Notes: generated from the letters alone by a model not told the origin. Positions 1 to 15,165 are shown, counted from the whole stretch's first letter. The stretch: DNA of 63,928 nt, filler included, from Conidiobolus incongruus B7586 (GCA_000697335.1; 18 parts of 18 records of this genome joined end to end with filler, not necessarily neighbours in it), one strand, 5' to 3'. Program-made: numbers and translations.

Positions 1-575
1 TATTGGAATTTATAAAAAATTTTAACTTAATTTAATATTATAATTTGTATTTTAATAAAAAAATATATAGTAATTTATTATAATAACTTTGGCTTTTAAT
101 TTTAATTTATTAAATTTAATTTAATTATATTTATTTTAATATTTTTAAGTTTTTGTTTAATTATAATATACCCATTTTATTTTTTTATTAATCTAAGTTT
201 AAACTTTAATATATATAGAATAATTATATAATTAATATTAAAATTTATAATGACTTTTTTGTTAAAATAAAATAATCCTTTTTAATTTATTTTTTTACTT
301 TATTAATAATTAAAAAATAAAAGTTAAAATTAATTATTTAAATTTTAATAAGTTTTAGATAATTTCTTTTCTATTTTTAAAATAATTATCCTAATAATAA
401 ATAGTTAATTTAGATAAAACATAATCTTTAAAAGCTATTTATAAATTTAAATTATTTCAAAAAACTTATGGTTAAGTTTTATTAACACTAAAATAATAGA
501 CTTTTAGTGATCATTATTTAGTTTAAATATTATTAAATTAAAAAATTTCCCATTTTTTAATTCTGTGGTAAGATT
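1..575 (-). mobile_element. Degenerate mariner-family transposon relic (5' part and left end)
   Basis: Reverse complement near 161-180 reads K-W-V-Y-Y-N, a decayed WVPHN/WVPHEL linker. Colinear with the relics at 45.6-46.2 kb. TIR-like end 'aaaaatttcccattttttaattctgtggtaa' at ~541-571. Confidence 0.7.
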
Positions 576-1942
576 ATTAAAAATATGAAAATGATAGTCA
601 AAAGCAATATTTCAACCTATATGGAAAATCTCATGTAATTTCTAGGTATGTCCTTAATTACTCCTCCCCCTAAACTTAAAAATTTAAATTTAAAAATTTT
701 ATAATAATTTCACTGGAGACAAAAATAATCATTTTATTTAAAATTCTATTTTATTCTATAATATAATTTTTCTTATTAATAAAGAAATTTATTGAATTTT
801 TATTATCTATATTTTATTAATTATTTAACTCTTTTTTACCAGCTTAAATAAAATTAATTATAGTATTCATATTCATTTCAATTATATATTTTGAATCGGT
901 TCACCTATATGTTTCAATTTAAATGACAAGTTGATAGTTTATAATTTAAATATATTTTTTAAATTAGAAAAAATTTAATTTATAATTAATTTGCTTTTAG
1001 ATTTCTAAATTTACATTAATATCAATATGAGGGAGATAAATTTATTAAATTATTTCACTATTTAATATTTACTCTTCAAACAATAAATTGCAAATACGAA
1101 TATATTGATTAGAATTCCTGTATTCCTTAATTGATATTAATTTTAAATACTAATAAACTTGACCAATAGTTTAAATGAATAACTTTTACAATTAATCACT
1201 CTATATTTTTACAATGAAATCTTTTGAAAATACTATATGTGTTGAGTAGTTGCTAAATAGAATATTTATTCTGATTGAGATTTTAATTAAGACTTATTTA
1301 ATATATTTTTTTTATAATTTTCAAAATATTATAATAGTTAGTGAATTTTTCTGAATGTTTTAGTAATATCTATTACTTGATGATTAATATTATATATTAC
1401 ATTAAAACCGATTCCAAAAATATATTAAAAATTATTTCGAATTATATATTATTTATAATTTTTATATACATTATAAAAAGGAGATAATTATTATCAAATT
1501 TGATAAAATTTCGTCCCTAAGTATGAATTCTGAGCAATTATAGTAATATATTCTAAATATTACTGGTTAATTTTAAAATTATATTTAATTATGTTTTTAG
1601 TTTGTAATATGTTATATCAACTGAATATAATATTTGAAATAAATTTCACTTAATTTGTTATAAAATGATTTGTGAAATAGTAAGTATTTATAACAATATT
1701 CTTTATCTTATTAATTATCAACTTGCATTCAAAGTTGATTAATTTAAAAATATATGATATTTATTATATATTTTAATAACAATTTATAAAATGTTTATTA
1801 TAATTTAATTTTATTATATATTTGAATTAATGATTTTTTTATGGTTTTATAATTTTTTTTCGAAAGGATATATATATATATATTAATTTATATAGTACAG
1901 AAGAAATAAAAGAGTCGGCCTTAGGATTATGATCTGATTAAT

Positions 1943-2137
1943 TCATCTCGTATTAAATAAAAGCTGAAATGGTGAAGCCTTTTGGCCAAAGATATTCTTG
2001 AAATGTGTTTGAGAGGTCGTTGAATTTCTTCTGGAAGCGGAGGGAGAAGTAACGCGAGATGAAGCTGGTGTGGTATTAGCAGAGTTGGGAACAGAAGTGC
2101 GATGTTCTTGCAATTTATAAAGGTACATATAATCCAT
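1943..2137 (-). CDS. Small 64-aa Ser/Thr/Pro-rich protein, probably disordered, unknown function
   Basis: Sharp GC island matching the ORF; A at -3 (acaATG); TATAAATA on the minus strand at 2206-2213; RRNS and S/T-P motifs. Confidence 0.7.
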   Translation of the reverse strand: MDYMYLYKLQEHRTSVPNSANTTPASSRVTSPSASRRNSTTSQTHFKNIFGQKASPFQLLFNTR

Positions 2138-4440
2138 TGTTATTGACTTGAGTATATGATAAAATAAACTTGATGATTGCTACAATATCCATGAAGAAGG
2201 CTCAGTATTTATACTTTTTGATACCTACTATATTGGTAATCAGATTAATAATTAGTCTCAAGAATTGAACTAAAATTTCGACTCACCCCAATAATCAATT
2301 AACTGATTTCAATGCATTAAATCATTTGTGTAACAATTGATAACGTGGGTGAATTCATATTGATTAAAATCTAAAAATTTCTGGATTCACTTAACTTATT
2401 TGAATAATTTTTATAAATTATTTAATATAATCTAAATCAAAATAAAACTATTTATTTCAATATGAAATATAAACGATCTATAATGATATAAAATTTATAT
2501 CATTTAGTTTTAAAATATATATATACATTTTACTAAAAATATTAATTGTAACTCTAATCTTATCCTGTATCAACAATCATATCGATTAAGTGGCAAATTG
2601 CGATTATAGTAATTGTTCAAAGATGAATTGATATGTTATCATTTTGATTTTGCGATATTCAAAAATATATAAGATTAGATATAGCTTGATATTTATGTTA
2701 TCATATAATCAGAATTAACAAATGCAGCGCAATTTTAAGATATTTATAATTTAACAATCAAATACTATTATTATAATACATCTATAATTTAAATACTATA
2801 TTTTCGATTTTTATCAAAAGTAAGTTTTAAAAAAATATTAAAAAATTAACAACCACAGTAAACTATATAGTCTATTCCATTATGTAATATTAATGAAAAA
2901 AAATTCAATGAATGAATAATATCCATTCTGCTAAAAATCGCCGAATAATAGATAGTATCAATTTATCAAAGTTTGAGAATATTTTTTAATTATACAACTT
3001 TATGTAACTTGAATAGATTTTAGTTAGATATTTTAATCGTATCAGATGATCGATATTGCAGGGTTCCCAGTCCCTGAAGTCGGTGTGGATTAAATTTAGT
3101 GATAAACTTATCTATTTATCTGTTTATCAAGAATGTATCTTACATTTAAGGTAATATAAAATCATTGTACTACTCAATATCAAATTTGCCGATTATTTTG
3201 GACTTTTAAATATACATTTTTATTTTTTAAAACAAGATTTCCCTGATTAATTTATTGAAAACTTTATCTATATATAAATATATAAAATACTGCTAATGCC
3301 AAGCTTATCTATTATCTTGATAATTTATATGATAGTTATATGCCAGCAAATTAATAATAGTAACACATGGCTTATTTTTTGATAAAAAAACTTTGAAAAA
3401 TCAGACAAAAATATTAATCAGATATCATATTAAATTATAAAACAAAAAATATATATGATATATTTTGATTTAAAAATTTCCTAATATTAAATTAGTTCAA
3501 ATTTGATAATTAAATTTGGATTAAATAAAATATGATTATCATTGTTATTAATATATTAAAATATACTTATACTTATAGGATATATGTAATAATTATAAAT
3601 AAATATATTTTAATATTAAGCAATATAATATATTTGGGTTTTGCGTTATTTAGTTGAATGGTATAATTATTATTAATTCTATTATATACAACCAGATTTT
3701 TCCAAATACATTCAATAAATTATTTAGTATATTTGTTTCAGTAACCAAATAATTTCTAAATTTTATTTCTTTATCAATCAAATAAATATTATATTTTATT
3801 GTCTAATGTATATATATAATTATATAATCTAAAACTATTCCAACTTTAATTATTTTCATATACTCAATATATTATTAAAGTCCTATTAGTCAAATATTCT
3901 GATTTTATATTACTATAACTGTTTCAAAAATGAAATATAAGAATTTCCAAGTGTGAAAATCTTTAATGAATATTTCATGAAATTTAGTTCAAATTGAATT
4001 TAATCAAAATCCACGATATAACTACAAATTCTAAATTAAACATTTGAAATCAACATCAGTTTTTCAATTTAGTATTTATCTATTAATCAAATTATTATAA
4101 GTGAATAATAATAATAATTGGGCACATTCAATCTTATCAATTATTCAACCCAATTCAAAATTTAAAATTAATAAAATCGGCTATTAATCAATAAATTTTA
4201 TATAAAAATAGAGCTAAGTTAATGTATAATAAATGACTAAATTTTAATTTGATAATTATGATTTTAACAATATTATAATAAATTGTAGATTTGTAACCAA
4301 ATCATTAATTATTTCAATTTTTAAAATATATCTAAAAACTCAATTGATTTGAAATATAATACTCTGTAATATTGACAAATATATTATGATATATATTACA
4401 ACATCAAATATACAATATTTGATTTTTCTATGACTTAATA

Positions 4441-5153
4441 TTAGTGTAGTAATTAAGTAATAGCATAATGTTAAAATTAAAATTAAATAAATAAATTAAA
4501 AAATAATATAAAAAATTTAATAAATAATATAAAATTAATAGCCTTTTTATTATTAATAACTATTTCTATAGTTTTAGTAAGCTTCTAATACCTAAAAAAC
4601 AATTCTTTATTAAAGACTGAAATTTGATGTTTTATGAACTAATTTAATTTATTTATAAGAATTTTTTTTTCTTATAAGCTAATTTTTTAATTATCTAAAA
4701 TAATTATAATTATATAGGTTATAATTAAGTGAATATATTAGATATAGTAACTCTTTCCAGTTTTATTTATATAAAAACACTATTATAGCTTTAACTTTAT
4801 ATATTTTATAATTATTATATAAAATAATAAGTGTTTTTAATTTATATTAAAAATATTATTTCAAAATTATTTAATTTAAAAAAATAATATATAATTTATT
4901 ATTAGTTGATTTTTCTTAAGATATTAAATAAAAAACCATATATTATTATAATTTATTACAATAATTAACATTTACTTATATTTAAAATATTTATTTATTA
5001 GAATATATAAAAGTTATTAATTTAGCTTAACTTAATATTTTATTTTATTTTTAAATAAAAGATTATATAAAAAAAACTTAAAATTTATTAGTTATAAGTA
5101 TTAATTATAAAAACATTTGTTTTTAATTATATTTTAATAAATTTAATTTAATT
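4441..5153 (-). mobile_element. Degenerate mariner relic (right TIR and catalytic-domain half)
   Basis: Begins TA|TTAGTGTAGTAATTAAGTAATAGCATA (TIR). Colinear with the reverse complement of 26600-27279. Cut by the assembly gap. Confidence 0.85.
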
Positions 5154-5253
5154 NNNNNNNNNNNNNNNNNNNNNNNNNNNNNNNNNNNNNNNNNNNNTTA
5201 ATTAATTAANNNNNNNNNNNNNNNNNNNNNNNNNNNNNNNNNNNNNNNNNNNN
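5154..5253. other. Artificial scaffold linker N44-TTAATTAATTAA-N44 (first of 17)
   Basis: The same 100-bp linker also starts at 15066, 19823, 24952, 27604, 31898, 33082, 34572, 36048, 42286, 43499, 44906, 46380, 47887, 56730, 60304 and 61927. The 12-mer gives stops in all six frames. Confidence 0.97.
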
Positions 5254-8200
5254 ATAATAAATTTATTAGATTATAATACTTTTATAATTTCTTTGGGTAA
5301 TTAAAAATTAAATTAATAAAAGGATTTTAAAAAAAATGAAAAAATAATTAAAAAATTTTAAATAATAATTAATAATAAATCAAAATTTCTTTAATTCTTA
5401 AAAGATTAAAAAATTTAAAAAAAAATAATTAGATATTAATAGATAGGATTTTAAATTATTATTATTAATTTTATATCAATTTATATTTCTAAATATTAAT
5501 AATTAAATAAATATCATAATATACTTAAATATTCTTTTACTAGTTTTTAATAAATAAAATACTAAAGCAATTGTTATAAAGTGAAATTTATATTAGTTAA
5601 TAATATAATTTAAAATAATTATAAAATATTATATTATTTTTTTATTAGTTATACTTTAACATTTATAGTAAATTTTATAACTTTATAATTTTTAAGTTTT
5701 ATTATAGGTTTTTTTAAAATAAATTTATATTAATCTAATAATTTGGTTGAATTTATAATTTCAACATATATATATTAATTTATTGGTTATTTTCAATTAT
5801 TATTTAACTATATTTTGAATTATAACTTAATTTCGTCCAAAAAAAATAAAACTGATTATATATTACTTTTTATTATATATACTCATATTACTTGATAATA
5901 TATATTTAGTCTATAATACCCTTATTTTAGATATATTTTATATATAAAGATAGATCAATATAATATTATTTAATATATAAATAAACTATTAAATATTCTT
6001 GTCCAAAATAATGCAAACTTTTTGAAATTTATTAGTTTTATTACTGAACCAAAGTGCTTTGATAGGTATTATTACGTATATATATTCAAAAGATCTATTT
6101 CAAATCTATTATTGCATATAATTATATCTATCTCTCTATTATTTAATTAATATATTATTATATTATAGTTTTTTTATTGGTATTATTCATGATATAATAT
6201 GAGGGGCAATAACTATTATTGTTACCTAATAGTAGGTAGATATATTTAATGGTTTATTGGTTAAAATAATGTTTGGAATAAACAATTGGATTTAGTCACT
6301 AATATCTTTCTATAGTACAATATATGTCATAAGTAATAGTTAATAAATATAAAGCCTGCTTATAGAATAGAAACCTGAGGTTAGAAATAATATCAAAAAT
6401 AGCACTTTAGGATATCACAATATTATTTTCTCTTAAAGTTTCATGTTATATAATATTAATTCATAGATCTGATAAAATTTAAACTATATATAATTTGGTT
6501 ATATTAAAATACTTACTAATATATTGATTATTTTATTTATTTAAACTTATGACTATTATTATAAATATTTATATTTATTAATTTTTTTATTTCATTATCT
6601 ATCACTCTGAATATTTAATGAAGTCATTTTATATCTAAAATAAATTATTTTATTCTTAAAACTTTCATTCCTATTTTTCGTCTTAATATTTTCTAATTAC
6701 TTTTATTATTGTATTTAAATTCTAATCAACTCTATTTGATATTAATGAAAATAATTAATTTAATTTAAGAAATAATTTTTTGATGTTATAATTAATTCTA
6801 ACCAAATTAAAAAATATTTCTAAATATATATTTTAAAGAGATATTTGGTATATTAATTTTTATTATAAGGCATTATACTCAATAAATTAAAATTAATATA
6901 TTATTCTCCATGAATATTTTCAAATTTATATACTTTTAATTGACAAAAATATAACTTATTCGCTGATACTAGCTTAATATAATATAAAAAACTATTTGAG
7001 AAATGTTTAATTAATTATATTTAAATATAAAGCAAACAAATAATTGTAAATATATTATAAATTTATTGATTCAAAATAAACATCATTATAAGTATTAATC
7101 TAGTAAAATATAAGAAATATTTTATTATATATCTAATTTTTTTCTTAATATTTGATTTTTATTAGCTTTTCATATTGATGATATATATTGATTATTTTTT
7201 TGAAATTCAGATTTAGAAACCTTTTTATATAGTACTATTTAATCGAAATCAATTTATTTATGAAAAAAAGGAGAGAATAAGTTTTGATCTTTGTAGCAAA
7301 AATGATAAGTCTGAATTATTACTATACTTTGATATACTCCATAATAAAAAGATTAATTGAAATAGATATGGTAATATTGATGTCTAATATTCAAAGTATC
7401 TATAATATAAATTTAAATAAAATCCAATATTGCTTTGGAAGCTTATATTAATAACGCATCCAAAATTATCAATGTCATAAAAATTAAAAATTATAATAAG
7501 CATAATTTAACTATGATAAATGTTGCTCAATTACGAATGTTCGGACGAACCGCTTATCATAATATTATGAATATGTAATAATTTGGAAAGACCAAATTTC
7601 CTTCAAAATCAATTATAATTGATTATATATCATCTATAATAAATGATATTACTGAAAACAATATTTTTAGAAATGTTTAACCAAAACAATTTTTTAATTA
7701 TTAATTTAAAAACTATTTCATTAAAATGAGCAAGCATTTCGTAACAATTACGAACTATGTCCTATGTTAATTAAGAATTTGGACTTTTAAATTCATAACT
7801 CAATTATGAAAATAATTATCTAATTTTATTGATATATCACTATTATATATCAACCTGAATAGAATCAAAGTCATAATTATTACACTTTTAAAATATTTCA
7901 TTATAAAATCTGAACTAAGTTTGATCAATTTTGAGAATTGTTAGGATACTTGTTTAAGAGAATTTAGATTTATAATTACCAAAAAGATCAAATACCGAAC
8001 ATAATTGACTATTATATTCTTAATTAATCTTGAAAATATATGAATTTTACTACAAATCCGTTCGTCCTGGGCTAAATAACTATCTTCATAAATTGTTCAA
8101 GGGAAAAACATTTTATACACATCAATTAATAACTCATCTCCGGTAAATATGCATCTTAAAATTTAATTATTCAATTTTGGGAATTTTTTCCTTTTGGACA

Positions 8201-11200
8201 GGATTTTCAAATATTTATTATTCGATATCAAATCTCTATCAATAATGATTTCCATAATTGATAATTGATAACGGTGACTTTAAAATTGAAATTATCACAG
8301 GTATATTGGTTGCAATGGTATGATACATGACTGCTAATGTTAACAGGTATAACGACGGAAAAATTTAAAAAATGATACTGTTTGTAAAGTGAATAAAATT
8401 ATGTTACAATGATAATAGGAGAGCAAAATAACTACTATCCGTAATCTCAAGTTTAATTTAATTTATATATAAAACACTTTAAAATTTAAAATTATAAGGC
8501 AAAATATTTATGATTTATTATTATTCATGATATAAAAAATATAGATTATATGAAACGTTGAATATATTCATATTCAAACTTATTTATTTGATTTGACCTC
8601 TTTCTATATTTAGTAAGTATTTTTCATTTACAATTTTGGTAATTTATTTTTTATTGATTAATAAAAATTATAGTTTAAAGTTAATAAAAGGTTGATATAG
8701 TACCTGAATTATATGAGATATAAACTATTTATCAATATCATAATTATTGTATTGATATTAATGATGTATGGTTGGAACAAGGTACTTGATTAATTCGAAT
8801 ATTATTTAAATTGATCAACGTCATACTCATAAAATTATATCTTCATATTCAATTTCTTTATTAGTATTTATAGTTAAGGTTTACCTGAATATTTATTGGT
8901 TATAATTTATCTCCAATTATTCAAATTGAAAAAAAATTTTCTAGCTTCTATAACCTAAGAAATTTATATTTAAATTCGGTATTTATTTCCAAATTTCTGT
9001 TTAATTAAGGATTTTAAAGGAAATTCTAGAGCAAAATATATTATAGTCTAGCTATATTCTTCATACTTTCTAAACAAAATAAAAATTAGATGGTAGTTTT
9101 TAAAAACTGTGGATATGATGCATTTATCAAATTTGAAATTTAACTCCTTGAATCTAAATGAATTTTTGCTATCAAATTATTTGTTCTGTTTGATCGAATT
9201 GTTCAAATCTAATATTCTATGATATTTTATTCAAAATTTTTGAATTTTAAATATCTTGAATTATTTCGTATTATATATTAAAAATTTGATATGCTCTCAA
9301 GATAGTGTAGAGAGTAAATTCTTTCTATCTGACTATATTTTGTTCCAATACACTAACAATATATATTTATTCATTGTTTCAAAAAATATTCAAATTCAAA
9401 TTAAATACAATTGCTGTACTTTCTCAAATTTTTATCTGGAAAAAATATTGAGCCTGATATATTGAGGGATAAATGCAAAAGCCTGGTTTAAAATAATTTC
9501 AAAATTAAATGAACAGTTCAATTAATAATTATTATTGACAAGTAAAATTTCATATTATAATATAATAGAAAATTAAGATTAGTTTTTTAATAATATTCTA
9601 AGCAATTTTTAAACAAAGCTACTTATCAGATTCAATACTTGACAAACTTTTTTCCTCTATCAAAATATTTATCACTTTATTGATTCAGCTAAACACTAGC
9701 AAATAAAAAATTATTTATTACAACCTCAAACATTAAATAAAAATGTGACTAATATTCATTTTTAAACTCTCGCATTCTCTTCAAACTTTAGATAAATATT
9801 GGATAATTAGGTTGAAATATAAACTCTCAAGTTCCAATGATGATGTCATGACTTGGTTTCAGTCCCTATTTTTTCATTATAAAACAATTATTATCAATAC
9901 TTGGTTAATTTACAAATCAAATGTATTCATATTAGAGGATTCAAGTTCACAAATATTGCATTTTTAAAACATTCTATTTATATTTCAATGCATACAAATA
10001 TTAATAATTAGTTAATTAAACAATTTCGAGGTTTCATCATCCAAGCACTTTTGAGTATTAACTAAAGGATCAATTATGTTGTTATTACTGTTTATATATA
10101 TAAACACTACCTCAAAACTTCAAACTCTAATATCACAATTGCAATCTATTCATTATTATTATACAAAGAATTCTATTAAAAAATATTCATAGCATATATC
10201 ATAATTAACGATTAAAATTTAGATGATCATTCCATTAATTTTTAATTAAAAATTTTATCAGAATATCAGGGTATTAATTAGAATTCATTACCAATCAAAT
10301 ACAACAATTCTCAAGAAAATTTTTGGATAGTATTCCAATTTTAAATTAATCAAACTAGTTTTATTTCATGGTTCTTAATATTGAAAGTTTACAGCGAAAC
10401 ACTCAGGGATTTATATTAATTTTCCTTTTTAAGGGTGGATTTGGTGGAAGAAGAGAGTTATATAGGAGAATTTATGGTTATATTAAAATAATTTATATCT
10501 TTTAATAGCTCAATTAATGAATATTGTTCAATTAAGTGTTCAATGGATCTCTTATATACTAAAAACCTAATATATTGCTGGAGTCACTCCTATTTATTAT
10601 ATCTAAAGGGGATGCTAAGGTATGAAAATGCTGATGATGAATTTTAACTTTTACTTTGATTAATATGTCTTATATTAATTAAATCACAAAATGTAATAAT
10701 AATATGATATATAATATATAATATATATTTTATTATTAAGTTAATATGATTCATTTCTACACATCATTATTGATATATCATTTTATTAATTAAAATATAT
10801 GAATTTTTATTGAATTTTGATAATAATACTTATGATAAAGTAGCTACGTCACTATGCTGATCAATTAATAAAATTGGATTAAATTAGAGATCGGTCAGAG
10901 TAAAATGTATAATCAAATCAATCAATTTAAAAATAAATCATCACTTGATTTACCAAGTTCATCCCTTAAAAATTAATTAACAGAAAAACTTTATCCTAAA
11001 ACTCGAAATCATTAATTCTATTGAATTGAAATTTAATAAAAATTGGGAATAAAAATGGATTCACCCCTGCTAGTACTCCTTTTCGTTACCAATATCTCCT
11101 TTTACTCTGTTTAGTTAAATCGTTTCATTTATTATTATTTTTATTTGTTTAGGTTGACTGCTTATGTATAGCTATTATACTCGTTTTTAATATAAATTCT

Positions 11201-11922
11201 ATTCTTGTCTTTTACTAATTGAATTTCTATTAACTTTATAATCATGGATAAACATTCATCACTCTACAAATCATAACATCTGTTCAAATGGGTATGGCGT
11301 CTTCATATGCTTTTCCTTCTTTGCGGAATGATGGCTTTGTTCAAATATTTGGTTCATCTAAACATATTTGAGATTATTAAATTAACTTGTACTATTGCTT
11401 GATTTAGCTTTAATTAAGACAATTAATATTGAGAACAAGTATTATTAAATTCCCATTCCTCCAATATCCATTCGCATCAAATTATCAAATGAAATATTAA
11501 AAACTAACAAATAGAGTAATAATAAGCTAATAATGAAAATTATATTGGGACTGCAATATAGTTTTTATTTTTTATGGTTATATTATTTTAATTTTATGTT
11601 TCAATAAATTTGGTTTAAGGGGAGATACCTGATAGCAAAAGTGTATTGGATCTTAGATCGCTTCGATGATTGGGAATACTGAGGTGTCTTAAATTGACTG
11701 TAATAACTGGAATCGTTTAATGAGAATTGATTTGTGGATATCCAATCAAGCAATGCTCGAAAACTATATAAATATCAGTTTAACCTAATCACTTACCCTA
11801 CAATTAAGTTGCAAAAATTTACCCCAAGTTTTTTGGTCACTTTCTAAATCGACTAACCCCACTTTGATCGATCATTTTTTCTTCGCTAAACATTTACTGT
11901 TCTAACTAAAATCTGAAACAAC

Positions 11923-12465
11923 ATGGAATCTTATACTAGTATGCCTTGGATGGATCAGTTCCCCATGGATTTCGCTGCCAGCATCGACAACACTTCTATT
12001 TCTACTCCTTCTCCAACCTATACTCTTCCTCTTCCCACGCAGGGTAAGGCATGCTCAAGTCCTTCAGCATTTCTCTCTTCTTCTCCAATTAATTCTCACC
12101 TCCCGCTTTTATCTCCTCCAACTCCATACTTATCATCTTATTTTTTCCCAGATGATCTTACCAACGAATATTTTCCATATATTACAAGTGATATGCCTTC
12201 CGACCTTACGGGAATTTCCCCAACAGAGTTCCTTCCTACTCCTCCTATCGTTCCAAGCAATGTTACAATTGATCATCGCCCATATCCTTGTCCGCTTCCA
12301 GAATGCGATCGCAAATTCAGACGCGCAGAGCATTTGAAAAGACATTTAAGAACACTTCACAGCACTGAGAAGCCCTATGAATGTCCTTTCCCCCACTGCA
12401 AGAAGCGATTCAGTCGTAGTGACAACTTAAATCAGCACACACGTATCCATACGAGACAAAAGTAA
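11923..12465 (+). CDS. C2H2 zinc-finger transcription factor, Msn2/Msn4/Seb1-like
   Basis: Two C-terminal C2H2 fingers ([47 protein letters not shown]) with a TEKPY linker. S/P-rich N-terminus. TATATAAATA at ~11765. Confidence 0.92.
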   Translation: MESYTSMPWMDQFPMDFAASIDNTSISTPSPTYTLPLPTQGKACSSPSAFLSSSPINSHLPLLSPPTPYLSSYFFPDDLTNEYFPYITSDMPSDLTGISPTEFLPTPPIVPSNVTIDHRPYPCPLPECDRKFRRAEHLKRHLRTLHSTEKPYECPFPHCKKRFSRSDNLNQHTRIHTRQK

Positions 12466-13489
12466 CTGTTACTTATAAGCAAAATTGAAAAGTGAGGCCC
12501 AACCCAGCTCACATTAAACTTAAACTGTATATTTATTAACCATTCAACTAAATAGAAGATGGATAACAAAATTTATCAATCTAAAATTCTATTAAAATCA
12601 ATTTCAATCCAATTATGTATGGTCATTGGACTGGATCTCAAAAGTGATCACAAAATAAATTCTAAAATTAACTTCATCCAATTCAACACTTATCCTATTT
12701 GACTCTTTTGAAGAATTAATCACCCACCAATTTTGACTTTTCAAGTTCAACAATAGCTATTAGGTCAATTAAGGCTACTGCTACTTGATATTCAGAATTA
12801 TAGTGGTGATGTCATCTTGCAATTAATAATTTATTCTTTCAAGTATCGACCCAAAACAGATTTAATACAATAATTTATGGGGGAATTAATTACGAAAAAA
12901 TTTATTTGAGTTTATTTTTTGGGTTTAAGAATTAAGCATAAATAATGTCAAATTTGGCATTTATTAAATGCTATAGAATATCGGCGAATTCCTTTTAAAT
13001 AAGGATTTTTTTTGATTGGTTAAGTAAATTGATAGATTAATTTTAATAAGGATTAATATCTTTAGTGATGAGATTAGTTATACTATTCACATTAAAATTG
13101 CAATATTTAATAGTAACTTAACTGTGATATTCACAAATACTAATTATATTCTGATTATATGATTAATATAATAAACTTTCCAACTTGTAAAGTAATTGAA
13201 AAAATTATTTGAATGATTCCATTATTAATTAAGAATCCCAATCACGTGTAATAATATAGAAAAATTATTTTCTCCATTCTTTTATTAACAAATATAATTA
13301 ATAATGTCATAATCAAATATTTCTGATTTTAAGGGAAAAATATTCATATAAATTTTATATTAATAAGGTGATTTTTGAAATGATTTTGAAACGAAGGTAT
13401 AATTCGATGAATTAATAAATTCATTAATCTAACCAATTTAATAATCTAGCTAAATATCTATTAGTTTTTATATTGTATATAATAATGTA

Positions 13490-13522
<33 letters not shown>
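13490..13522. repeat. (TA)n microsatellite
   Basis: Perfect AT dinucleotide run; similar runs at ~23516-23549 and ~57520-57541. Confidence 0.9.
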
Positions 13523-13529
<7 letters not shown>

Positions 13530-14720
13530 TATTTATATTTTAATTTAATAATACATTTAATTATTATTTCATTAATTATAATCAAGTCTAGGAATGAAAT
13601 AAATTTAATTATAATTCATTTGATATCATCTAAAATGGGAAACAAAAGCTGAGCCATCAAAAAAATATAATTCCTAATTTTGAAATAATTGACAATATCA
13701 CAATTTAACAAGATTCCATAGATTATAATCTAACAAAATGATAATCCCAAAAGATATACTTAACATCCTTTATCCACTCAATTTTTTGAATTTTTGTGTT
13801 AATGAAACCCTAAAAAGTAGTAACTTATAGTATATTAATTATTTTGAGGATTTTCTAATATTAAGGGTTATATTTCATAAAATCGATTATCTCAACAAAA
13901 TTTTTTACTATATTTTATATCAAGTATCAAGGAAAGCTTTGCAAATTTGGGAATATTTAATATAGGGAATATATAATTTCAGCTATCTTTTCCTTCATTA
14001 TCAATAATAATATTTGATATATCTTAAGTTAATTATTTAAAATAAAATAACTTTAAACTTTATGAAAAGTTCAACAATTGGCAAATCTTCATTTATATAC
14101 CCATATAATTCAAATATATATAGATTAAAAATAATTTGCTTAATTTTTCATATTTGTTCGAATATAAAAAAAGCGCAATCTTTTCATTTTTATTAATGGA
14201 TATATTATATAATTTTGAGTTCATTAATTTATATAGTTTAATAATTGCAGTGATCCTAAATATTAAAGAAATTTCAAAGATTTTAATTATGATTTGTTAT
14301 ATTTCAACTTAAGAAATTTTCAGTCGAATTGGATTAGATTTAACCTCCAGGTTTCTTCAATTTTTGTAAATTACTTGATTAACCCAATAAATTGGATATA
14401 ATTTATACTTTTTGAAATATTATACTATATAGGATATTTAAAAAATTATAATCATGATTATTAATAAATCAATAATTCAATAATTCCTAAGAATATCAAC
14501 TGCTGTATAGGTTTATAAATATATATATATATTAAAATTATATAAATTGAATTAAATTTAAATCAAAGAAGAATAATATAGTTCAATATAATGTTGGAAA
14601 ATATTGAATTATCTTTATCCTATATCTTAATCTAGAAATATACTTAATTTAGTATTTATTAATTATACTATATATCATAATTCTGTCTTTATTTTTATTT
14701 ATTAAATTAAATATTATAAT

Positions 14721-14920
14721 TATTAGTTTGAAAAGAAAAAATGGCAAATTTTATTTCTTTTTGATATTTCAATTATACTGTTAATTTTGAACATTAGTTA
14801 TAAATAGAATATATATATATTTACTTTTTTTACATATACATTTTTAATAATATTTACTTTAAATTAGTTTTAATTAATAATTCAAGTCAAGATTATTTAT
14901 ATTTAAACTAAATAAATATA
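14721..14920 (+). mobile_element. Possible mariner left-end fragment
   Basis: 'tattagtttgaaaagaaaaaatggcaaatttt' resembles the left TIR TA|TTAGTATGGAAATTAAGAAATGGCAAATTTT seen (reverse complement) at 34443-34475. Confidence 0.4.
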
Positions 14921-15165
14921 ATTAAACGTATTATATTTTAATATTATTACTTTATATTATCAATAATAGGAATTTTTTTATAATTAAAATTAAAATTAAT
15001 TAAATATCTTGATCTAAAGTATATATAAATAATAATATAATATAAAACTAATGATTTCTTTTATTNNNNNNNNNNNNNNNNNNNNNNNNNNNNNNNNNNN
15101 NNNNNNNNNTTAATTAATTAANNNNNNNNNNNNNNNNNNNNNNNNNNNNNNNNNNNNNNNNNNNN

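Noticed and set aside
3045..3090. Small GC patch with a CAGGG/CCCTG hairpin and CTGA
   Set aside because: No tRNA cloverleaf or proper C/D box architecture; a 5-bp stem is not enough.
9256..9465. 69-aa ORF; similar ORFs at 34424-34627, 35645-35860 and 52875-53066
   Set aside because: I/N/K/F/Y-rich products of AT-rich DNA, mostly non-ATG starts, overlapping transposon relics, gaps or promoters.
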